Source of the DNA: Emiliania huxleyi CCMP1516
Taxonomy: Eukaryota
DNA: 64,000 bases
Assembly: GCF_000372725.1 (NCBI RefSeq)
Contig: NW_005201318.1
Span: 293,016 to 357,015 of the forward strand
Direction of reading: 5' to 3'
A program made the translations under genes and the position numbers. A model generated the notes under the pieces. The model saw only the letters and a program-made list of their open reading frames with translations, was not told where the DNA came from and made no database searches. How positions within the stretch are numbered: the stretch's first letter is position 1; every line of letters starts with the position of its first letter. Below are positions 37,594 to 47,335 of the stretch, piece after piece.

Positions 37594-38233
37594 AAAAAAA
37601 ACTGTTCAGTTTTCAAAGGCAAAAACGTCAGCCTACGCCCTCCCCTCACACTGACACTTCTCCCCTATTCCCGTCTTTAGGTTGCGCACATCTCCCAGCG
37701 AGCTAGGTTCTCCGCTTTTTCTCCCCTAGTCATCTGCCCGCGCCGCGCGCCTCTATGGGCGTCTAGTGCAGCCACTGACAGAACTATTCCCGAGGAGTGG
37801 TCGACGTCTCGCCTGAAGTCGGGTGGGCTCGCGCACTGCTTAGCCCTAGGGGAGGGGTGTGTGTGAGGTGTCGGAATGGTAAGGTTTCAGGCCGCCAAGG
37901 TGTGGGGGATTTGGGGGATGAGTCAGGAGCCAGCAGCCTTCCTGATGGACCTGAGTTCACAGCTCCTCCGCCCGACGGGGTGGTCCCTTGGATTCGGGCC
38001 CCGCTCCCTTTTCCTGCGCCTGGTCTGTCCCTGTCAAGTGTGTGTTGCGAGATGCAGAGCTGGTTAGGCTGGAGCGCGGGCGGTGCGGTGGCAGGCGAGG
38101 GCAGCGCGGTAGGCGAGAGGCGGCCGCGGGGCTTCGAGTGGCGCGATAGGAGGGTAGGCTGGCTGTGGAGGGGCGCCGCGTGGCCTCGGAAAATAAGTAG
38201 TGCTTTATGAGCGGCCAGTTTCGTGCGTGCGGG
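37594..38233 (-). mobile_element. Family 'AB' element with a 13-bp TSD and a T-tract end
   Basis: Direct repeat gtgggcgcgcgga at 37581-37593 and 38234-38246. An A run on + (T run on -) abuts the conserved end aactgttcagttttcaaaggc. Confidence 0.8.
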
Positions 38234-38525
38234 GTGGGCGCGCGGAGCGATCACCTCCTCCCCGCCCCAGAACGCCGTCCGTAGAGCCTGAGCGCGAGCG
38301 ATTTTAGGATAATAGCTGGAGTCTGATAATCGCGGAATACCGAGGAGTCACCGCAGCACGCACTGAGAGGATGAGTAAGTGGCCACACACGTCACACGTG
38401 CGCACCGGACGCAGAGCAGTGCTGCAGCGCCACGGTACGCACTCACAACACACTAGACACCGCTCCAATAGCGCGGGGGAAGCATTTCGACACCCTGCAC
38501 GGTGGGCGCGCGGGTCCTCGCGCGG

Positions 38526-41500
38526 CTAGAGCGCGCCAATCTTGGGCGCCCCCTTCTTGACGACGGCCGCAAGCGCGTCGCTGCGCGCGCCGGCGACGAG
38601 TTTGTGCTTGAGCAACACGTCGGCCGAGGGGCGCGCGACGGCGTCCTTGACGAGCGCGCACCTCACGAAGTCGCGCAGCACGGGCGAGCCCTCCGCCTCG
38701 GGCGGCGGGTTGTTTACGATGGCGAGGATGATGTCGAAGACGGAGGAGAGGGAGGACCAGGGCGGCTTCATCGACATCAGCTCGATGGCAGTGATGCCAN
38801 NNNNNNNNNNNNNNNNNNNNNNNNNNNNNNNNNNNNNNNNNNNNNNNNNNNNNNNNNNNNNNNNNNNNNNNNNNNNNNNNNNNNNNNNNNNNNNNNNNNT
38901 GCTGTACACCTACGTGGTTTTTTTCCGCCAGCGTCAGGGCGGGGATGCGGTACTGTGCAGAGTACTCAGAGCACCGCGTGAATACGCCCGGCTGCGGTGG
39001 ATACCGCGGAAACCGCGAAATACGGTCGAGTCCAGTTGAGTACGTGCCCTTTGCGTCTCCCGCTTGTAGGGCTGAACACACCTGCGCCGCCACGCCGAGG
39101 TCGCCGAGCTTGACCGCACCTAAAAGGCCCAGCCACACACACGTGAGTCGCCTCGCTGCTCTCTGGAGGAGAGCGTCCACACGAGTGCGCTCCTGTTCAC
39201 AGCTGCAGGTGTGAAGAGACGCTGTTCACAGCTGTCCTCGCGTCCACACGAGTTCGCTCGGGCGGCGCCCGAGGCGGTCAGGAGCACGTTGGCCGCCTTG
39301 ACGTCGCGGTGGAGCGCGCGCAACTCGACGTGGAGGTAGCGCAGCGCGGTCAGCACCTGCGGCGGCGGGAGGCTTGGAGCGGGAGGGGCGGGAGAGCTGC
39401 ACGCACGTGGCGGGGGAGCCTCGCGGAGCACCAACGCCGCCTCCGCCTCGCTGAGGGGCGCGCCCTGCCGCTCCATGACGTCGAGCGCAGAGCCTACGTC
39501 GCGGACGCACCGAAGTCAGGGCGGGAAGACGGTCTCGTGCGGAGTATTCAGAGCACCGCGTCAGTACGAGGGGCTACGAATACGGTGAATACAGCGGAGG
39601 ACGGCCGAATACAGCGGAGTCCGTGTCCTCTCGAGCGCGGGTTGGAGTGCATGAATGCGCATCCTCTAGGGCACGAGATACGGGGAGAAACGGGGAGAAA
39701 CGGGGAGAAACGGGGAGATACGAGAATGCGCAGCCTCTAGGGCGCAGAGCCGAGCGCGCAATACTCGAGGACGATCCAGAGGAGCTCCTCGCCGTCGTGT
39801 AGCCGCGTGAAGTAGTCGTAGTAGCCGACGATGTTTGGGTGGCGCGCCTGCTCGAAGGCGGAGGGGATGCGGATGAGAGGGAGGGGGGGGGGCCCANNNN
39901 NNNNNNNNNNNNNNNNNNNNNNNNNNNNNNNNNNNNNNNNNNNNNNNNNNNNNNNNNNNNNNNNNNNNNNNNNNNNNNNNNNNNNNNNNNNNNNNNCAAT
40001 TTTGGGGGCCCCCTTTTTGACGAAGGCCGCAAGCGCGTCCCTGCGCGCCCCGGGGAAGAGTTTGTTCTTGAGCAACACTTCGGCAGAGGGGCGCGCGACG
40101 GCGTCCTTGACGAGCGCGCCCCTCCCGAAGTCGCGCAGCACGGGGGAGCCTTCCCCCTCGGGCGGGGGGTTTTTTTCGATGGCGAGGATGATTTCGAAGA
40201 CGGAGGAGAGGGAGGACCAGGGGGGTTTTATCGACATCAGCTCGATGGCAGTGATGCCAACCCCCCAGATGTCAACCTAAAAAATGGGCGAGCGCCGGAA
40301 GCGGTGTGGCACGACACCGCACACTTGCGACGGCGAGGAACCGCTCCCTCGGACCCCCCCCCCCCCCCCCCTCCCCCTCCTAATCCCTCTCTCGCCTTGT
40401 TGTCGTACGGATCGCCATCAATGGCCGTCACAGCCGCAAACGCCTCCGGCGCCATCCAATGCGGCGTGCCTAACGACATGACGTGGACGTGTCGTGGACG
40501 CGGCATGCCTTCTCGGGTGCGTCTCCGTGCGGCGTGCAACGTGCCGATCATCGTGCCGCGCTTCGCCATGGTGCTGTACACCTACGTGGGTTTTTTTCCG
40601 CCAGCGTCAGGGCGGGGATGCGGTACTGTGCAGAGTACTCAGAGCACCGCGTGAATACGCCCGGCTGCGGTGGATACCGCGGAAACCGCGAAATACGGTC
40701 GAGTCCAGTTGAGTACGTGCCCTTTGCGTCTCCCGCTTGTAGGGCTGAACACACCTGCGCCGCCACGCCGAGGTCGCCGAGCTTGACCGCACCTAAAAGG
40801 CCCAGCCACACACACGTGAGTCGCCTCGCTGCTCTCTGGAGGAGAGCGTCCACACGAGTGCGCTCCTGTTCACAGCTGCAGGTGTGAAGAGACGCTGTTC
40901 ACAGCTGTCCTCGCGTCCACACGAGTTCGCTCGGGCGGCGCCCGAGGCGGTCAGGAGCACGTTGGCCGCCTTGACGTCGCGGTGGAGCGCGCGCAACTCG
41001 ACGTGGAGGTAGCGCAGCGCGGTCAGCACCTGCGGCGGCGGGAGGCTTGGAGCGGGAGGGGCGGGAGAGCTGCACGCACGTGGCGGGGGAGCCTCGCGGA
41101 GCACCAACGCCGCCTCCGCCTCGCTGAGGGGCGCGCCCTGCCGCTCCATGACGTCGAGCGCAGAGCCTACGTCGCGGACGCACCGAAGTCAGGGCGGGAA
41201 GACGGTCTCGTGCGGAGTATTCAGAGCACCGCGTCAGTACGAGGGGCTACGAATACGGTGAATACAGCGGAGGACGGCCGAATACAGCGGAGTCCGTGTC
41301 CTCTCGAGCGCTGGTGGGGATAGATGAGTCTGTCTTCCGCTTCTAGGCTCCCATGCCCATATCTCCCCATATCTCCCCATATCTCCCCGTATCTCCCCGC
41401 TTCTAGGCTCCCATGCCCATATCTCCCCATATCTCCCCATATCTCCCCATATCTCCCCGCTTCTAGGCTCCCATGCCCTGCCCGAGCTTCTCCTCGAGCT

Positions 41501-43657
41501 CCACGCCGCCGTACGCCGACTCATCCGCCGTCCGGCTGGCGAGAGCCTTTGCGCGCGCCTTCTCATCGCTCCGCCGCCGCTTCGCTAGCGTGGCTGACGC
41601 CTCGCCACCATCGCCCGCCCACGGCGCGGCTGGCTGTGTGCCGCCCGGCAAGATCGTGGTGTCGCCATTGGCCACGGGCGGCCGGCTGTCAAGAGCGGCA
41701 ACCACCTGGTCCTTTGGCGTGTGGGGCACCGCCACCGGCTTGCCGCTCCCCACCGCCGGCTTGTTCACGGCGCTCAGGTTGAGCTTGAACCCCGTCGACG
41801 AAGACGACTTCTTCTGCAGCGGCGGCGCGGCGGCGGCGGGCGCGGCGGCGGCGAAGCCGCCCGATGCCTCGAGCGCCTCGAACGACTGTTTGTTCGAGAT
41901 GCGCCACGCCTCGCGCTGCAGCCCCTCTGGCGAGTTGCGGTCGTACGGCGCCTCTGGCAGCGCGTAGGCCACCGCGCGCGCCTCTAGCTCCGTCAGAGTG
42001 CCGTCGATCTGGAGCGGCTTGAGGACGGCCGCCTTTGCAATGTCGAGCTGCGCGCGCGTGGCGCGGAGCATGCGCAGCGCCGGCCGGTCTAGGATCGCCC
42101 GCGCCAGCTCGGGCGAGCAGCCAACCTTCTCGAGCCCCTTTTGGTCCTTGGGCTCCACCAAGCCGACCTGGTGAGATATGGTGGGATATGGTGAGATATG
42201 GGGAGATATGGGCAGCCGACCTGGTGAGGTCATGAGCACAACCAGGGTGAGGGTGGGAGTACGGGTCCGGTCTGGTGCAGAGATGTCGGAGCACCGCGTG
42301 AATACGAGGGCTGCGCATACGCGGATGCAGCCGAGAGCACAGCGGAAGACAGCGAGATATGGGGAGATATGGGGAGATATGGGGAGATATGGGGAGATAC
42401 GGTGGAAGACAGCTGGATGCGTCTCCTCTCGAGTGCGACTTGGGATACAAGAGTGCGTGTTGAGCCGCACGTGTATCACACATATCCCGCTGTACGCCGC
42501 TTCTAGCGGAGGCCTTGTCGGGGATGCGGCTGCGCAACTCGAAGTAGGCGGGGCGGTTCAGCTCGAGGTTGCGCTGTCGCGCGCCCGCTTCCTCCTGCGC
42601 CAACTTGCGCTGCACGCCCGGGTGCCCCTCGTACTTTGCGAGCACCGCTTGGAACTCGGCCGCCTGCGGAGCATGGCTGGGAGAGGTCATGCGCGGGCGC
42701 GCGTTCTTCTCCCTCCCACCCCTCACCCCAACCCGGCAACCACAGCCAAGAGCCAGGTCTGGGGCTGAGCATGGTCGCAATGATACAAAGGGCTGGGGCT
42801 CATGGTGGGGTGGGGGAGGTCCCGCCCTCTGTGCCCCCCTCTCCATCCTCGCCTCGGCCGGCGCCGCTGGGAGAGGTCATGCGGGCGTGGTGGCGGAGAG
42901 GGCGGGGGCGGGGGGGACGGCGACGGAGCTGGTGGTGGCGGAGAGGGAGGTGGAGGTAAGGGCGGAGGACTTGGTGGAGGTGGAGACGGCGGTGGTGGGG
43001 ATGGTGGTGGCGGAGAGGGTGGTGGCTGGTGCGGCGGCGGAGGCGCGGACGGTGGCGGGGACGGCGGTGCATCTTCCCGCCCTCTCTGCCCCCCTCTCCA
43101 TCCTCGCCTCGGCCGGCGCCGCTGCCGCCGCCTCGCGCAGCATGTCTTCCATGCGCATCGTGGCGACGTAGTCGGGCGGCTCGGGGGGCGCCCGGACGTT
43201 GCCGGCGGGCCGCCCGCCCTTGTTCGGCGGGGTGGCCGACGCACCCGTCACCATGCGCACCGGGTTGGGCACGTTGGCGTTCTGGTCTTTGGGCGGCGGC
43301 TTCCACTTTGGGCGCTCCGCAGCAGGCGCCCCCCCCTCGGGGACCCACTGGGGGGTCGCGGCACCCTTGGCAGGCGACGCAGCCGTCTTGCGGCCGCCGA
43401 TCCAGCTCTTCTTCTTCTGCAGCGCCGGCTCGGACTGCGCGGGCGGCGGGCGGGCGGGCGGCGGCGCGGCGGGCCCCGCCGCGGCCGCAGCGCTCGGGGG
43501 CGCCAGCTTGGACTTGGCGCGGCCCGGCGCCTTTGGCCGGTTGAGCTGGGCCGTCTCGACCTCCCCGGGGGAGCGGTCTGCCGCTGCCGTGTACTCGTTA
43601 AAGACCCACGCCGGCACCGTGCCGCCCGTGATGGCGGCGATCGGCTTGTCGTCGCTG

Positions 43658-43695
<38 letters not shown>

Positions 43696-46145
43696 TCCTC
43701 CGTCCGCACCGACTGCCGGGCGCTCTAGCTCGGGCGCCTCTCCCGCGATGGCGCGAAGACCGGAATCGGCGTCTGCTGAAGCGGTGGCGAGGTTGGCGGC
43801 CGTCGCGCCGCCCGACGACTGTGCCGACACCACCGCATCGATCTGCCCAAAGAGGTCGTCCTCCTCCACGCCGCCTGCAGTGTCGGGCGGCGGCGGCGTC
43901 AGGCGGAGAAGAGGGCGGAGAGCAGTGTTGGCGTGCACGCGTTGTCGCCCCGGCGCGTGTGAGGGACTGGCTTGCTTGGCTCTTGCCGTGGTGCTTGCGT
44001 GGGACCGCTTGCGTGCGACCGCTTGCGTGCGACCGCTTAGCGTGGGACCCTCACCGTGCGGCGTCGCGTCGCTGCCCGTGCGCTCCTTCTGCTCCAGGGT
44101 CGGGCCGAGGAGCACAGTGCCCGCCGGCGCCTTGTGGGCCTCGGCCCGCGCCATCGCGCCCGCTCTCGCGCTCCCTGCGGGTCGCTCGACCCCGGGTGCG
44201 GGAACGGCGCCGATGCCAAAGCCGCCAGGCATCTGCTTCGCCGCCGCCGCCTTTGCTGGGCCGGCGGCCACGTTCCTCCGCAGCGTGTCTTGGATGTCGG
44301 AGATGGACCACGCCTTGAGCTGGTCCATCGGCCGATTGGTGGCCGCGCGTGCGCGCGAGCGCCTGTCGGCGGACACCTAGTGGGGGAGAGGAGCGGCTCA
44401 CAGAGGAGCGTGCGGGGACAGCTGTACAGGCATCGGTGGGGGCGTAGGCGTAAGGTAGGGGTGGGGGTGGAGGGGGTGGGGGGGGAGACCTAGCCGCCCG
44501 CCGTGCGAGACATAGTTGGTCTTGGGCGACGCGCCGCGCGCCATCGTCTCGCCGTCCGCGATGGCTTGCAGCCGCTGCGTCGACATGATGTCCTTGGAGA
44601 GGGCAGCCTGCCGCGACTCGTCAAACGGGGGCCGGTAGATCTTGAAGCGGTATGCTGGCTGCCCCGGGGCCATGACCTGTGTAGAGGGCGAGCTCTCGTG
44701 ATCTGGAGCTGTAGGTGTAGAGAGGCGAGCTCTCGTGATCTAGAGCTGTAGGTGTAGAGAGGCGAGCTCTCGTCCTCTGCCGGGGAGCAGTGCGTAAACA
44801 GGGCGAGCTCTCGTGATGGGCGGTGGACCAGCGAGCGTAGAGGGCGTCGAGGGCCAGGGAGCATGACCTGTGGAACCGACTGGCCTCCATTGGCGACACC
44901 GCCACGCAGAGTCTGGCCGTCCACCTAGGGGAGGAAAAAAAGAATTCCCACCTAGGCGAGGCGCACGACAGGCGGGTGCGGCCTCCGCCACGCCGCCACG
45001 GGCTGGTGGCGGCTGAAGGGCCGTGCAGTGGCGGTTGCGAAGGCGGCCGCTGCTGTGCCGCCGCTTACGGCATGTGGCATCATATGTGGTGCTCCCAGTC
45101 TCCCACACGGGCAGCGGCGGGCTCAACGAGTGGGGGTGCGGGTGCGGGTGCGGGTGCGGGTGCGGGTTGGGTCAAGCCAGGGACAGGGCGGAAGCCAGGC
45201 TGAGACAGAGAACCAGCGTGTCTGCTCCGGAGGGTGGTCAGAGCCGCGCTCCCCTTTGGCTCTGAGAGCGCTGCGGCTCTTCGGCCGCCCAGCCGCTCGC
45301 AAACCCCGCCCTCGGAGTGGCGCAAGGGCCGGTGAGGGGGGGGGGCACGAAGGGGGGGTTCCCTTCACCTCGAGGATGACGTCGCCGACGTGCAGCAAGC
45401 CTACGCAGCGCAAGCAGGGGACCCGTCCTTTACGTACGACGGCTTCGGCCAGAGGCCCAAACAAGGTTGCGGCAGCAGTAGTGCTTCATGAGCGGGGCGG
45501 TTTGGGGGCGACATCACTCCGGCGAGCGGGGTGAGCGGTTTGGGGGCGACATCACTCCGGCGAGCGGATGAGCGCGCGCGCCTTGCTGCTCCGCCATCGA
45601 CCCGGGCGAGATGCGCCGCACGATGTTCTGGTTGTCGAGATCGAGGCCGAGGCCGGCAGTGCCGCGCATTGCCCGCACCTCCGTCACGAAGCCACCCTCG
45701 GGCACGTCCTTGAGGCCGTATGCGCCGCAGCCGGCGTCCGCCGCATCTGCTGCCGCCACTGGCCGCCGCAGCGTGTGGCCACGGTCGGGGTCGAGGTCGT
45801 AGTCGTCGTCGCTGGAAGCGAGCGCCGCCGCCGCGGCCGTTGCCTCTGCCGCGTCCACCTCAGCGTGCGCCGCCGAAACGAGGAAGTACCACGGGACGAG
45901 ACCTCGAGAGGTGGCAAGAGCGAGGGTCGGGGGAGGAGGAGCGACGCGCGTCGATGGGGCAGGCCGGGTGTGTGCGTGGGGCGGCGTGGGCGGTGGAGGC
46001 TGCCTCGGCCGCCATCGGCCTCGATGATGCACCAGCCTTCGGGCGCCTCCTCGGCGCAGACATGGACAAACTGACCGCGCGACACCGAAAGCTCACCCTC
46101 CGCCTCCGCATCGAAGTCGGCGAGCACGTGCGCGCGGAAGGCCAT
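38526..46145 (-). CDS. SH3-PDZ-STE20-family Ser/Thr kinase, multi-exon; kinase exons duplicated and scrambled around gaps
   Basis: SH3: VLADFDAEAEGELSVSRGQ..EGW..GRG|LVP. PDZ: GLGLDL..VRRISPGSMAEQQG|LLHVGDVILEV. Kinase: LEEKLGQG, HPNIVGYY, LWIVLEYC, LHRDVKAANVLL, VKLGDLGVAAQ, RGTMIGTPHWMAPE, GITAIEL, DFVRCAL..RPSA. Confidence 0.85.
39494..39750 (-). mobile_element. Introner-like intron (family I) with a perfect 10-bp duplication
   Basis: gcgcagagcc at 39485-39494 and 39742-39751. On the sense strand the element runs cctag...cgta, with a GC donor and AG acceptor. Confidence 0.85.
40582..40754 (-). mobile_element. Introner-like intron (family I)
   Basis: Sense cctacaagcgggagac...cgtattcacgcggtgctctga...cccgccctgac...cacgtag. 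Splicing gives AAQ|VYSTMAKRGT. Confidence 0.8.
41167..41476 (-). mobile_element. Introner-like intron (family I), apparently chimeric
   Basis: Aligns along the whole acyl-CoA synthetase intron. The 5' flank ggcatgggag does not match the 3' flank ggctctgcgc, and its 5' end is triplicated with GGGGAGATAT arrays. Confidence 0.75.
42168..42513 (-). mobile_element. Diverged introner-like intron (family I)
   Basis: Sense ctagaagcgg near the GC donor, then ctcgagagga and ccctcgtattcacgcggtgctcc, with GGGGAGATAT arrays inside. Confidence 0.65.
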
Positions 46146-46607
46146 TCGGAGGAAGTGGGCAGCAGCCACGCCCACGCTGTCAAAAGCAAGCGGGGACACC
46201 GTTCACGGAGCTGAAAACTGCGTGGCGCACAAGATGATGCTCAACCACTACCGCCAGACCAAAAACATGCTCGTCTCGTACGACAAGTCCAAGCTCGGTT
46301 AGAAAACTTACCCTTGCGAGCAGCTTTTAAGGGAGCGGGAGGCGGCGGCGCAGTCGCAGGACGAGGCCGCAGAGGAGAGCGACGCGACAGAGGAAGAAGC
46401 GACAAGAGAGAGAACGACGAGAGTGGGACGACCGCGAGGTGGCATGAAGGTTGCAGCGAGAATCGGCGAGAGACTGCGAAGAGAGATAGGAGGCGCCTGC
46501 TTGTGGAAAGAATTCTTAAGATACAAGCCTCTCTCACAGCACACTGGCACGACAAGGGCGCGGACTGGCGCGGACTGGCACACACACAGGCTCACCACCG
46601 GAGCCGC

Positions 46608-47060
46608 CTAAGCGACTCCGTTAAGAACGGCAATGCACTCCGCACCATGCACAATGCCGCTCTCCCCGCACGCTAGCTCGTTCACCGTCTGCCACGCCAC
46701 GGCGGTGTGGAGGACGACAGACAAGCGCTGCATCTGCAGCCCGTGCCAGTTCTTGGTGGTCCATGTGACCTCGTCCAGGTGCTGAGCGTGCGAAAGTTTG
46801 TTGCTCAGCTGGTTCGCCGCCTCCCTCAGGGTGCTGCGAACCTCCTTTCCAAAGCCTCCGAAAGCCTCAAAATCAAACAAACGTAGATCGCAATCCTGCT
46901 GCCGCGCAAAGGGGTAATCGCCAGGCAGCTCCTTGAGCTTTCCCTTGGGGGCATCCTCCTCCTCCCCCTCCTCCCCCTCCTCCTCGGCCTCCTCCTCCTC
47001 CCCCGCCACCGCCGCTGCCGTCGCTCCCGACGGAGACCACTTGTGTATCGCGCGCCTTGC
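46608..47060 (-). CDS. C-terminal ORF resembling the distal half of a restriction-like endonuclease of CRE/Dualen-type elements
   Basis: LFDFEAFGGFGKEV...L...W...QRLSVVLH resembles the E.xGxxG...QRLSxxL tail of RLE elements. The catalytic PD..D motif is not visible. A paralogue lies at 57243-57386. Confidence 0.5.
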   Translation of the reverse strand, partial: ARRAIHKWSPSGATAAAVAGEEEEAEEEGEEGEEEDAPKGKLKELPGDYPFARQQDCDLRLFDFEAFGGFGKEVRSTLREAANQLSNKLSHAQHLDEVTWTTKNWHGLQMQRLSVVLHTAVAWQTVNELACGESGIVHGAECIAVLNGVA

Positions 47061-47335
47061 GGGGGGGGGCGCGGAAAAGAGGAACCTCTTAGCGCCATCG
47101 CCACGGTGCTGCATGCAGCGCCGGGCGACGACGGCTTACCGCCTCCCGGTCCCCCTCGGCACACCTCCGCTGCTCAATGTTTGACGGCTCGAACCCGTGA
47201 AGCTTCCCCGTGCGCGGGTTACCCCGCACACGGGTCAGCCTGCCAGCCACGTATCCACGCAAGCGTGGTCCGCGTGCATGGCATACAGGCGTCCGCCAGA
47301 CAGCGCAGAGGCTAGGCGACCGGGGAAGGACTAGC

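Noticed and set aside
34024..38168. Composite TIR transposon carrying the EGERGAER-repeat gene
   Set aside because: The inverted arms are two copies of a dispersed family. The right copy has its own 13-bp TSD and extends beyond the shared part, and no TSD was found around the pair.
38500..40260. A second genuine kinase paralogue
   Set aside because: Near-identical blocks are bounded by 100-N gaps and differ mostly in homopolymer-like read-end errors. Assembly redundancy is more likely.
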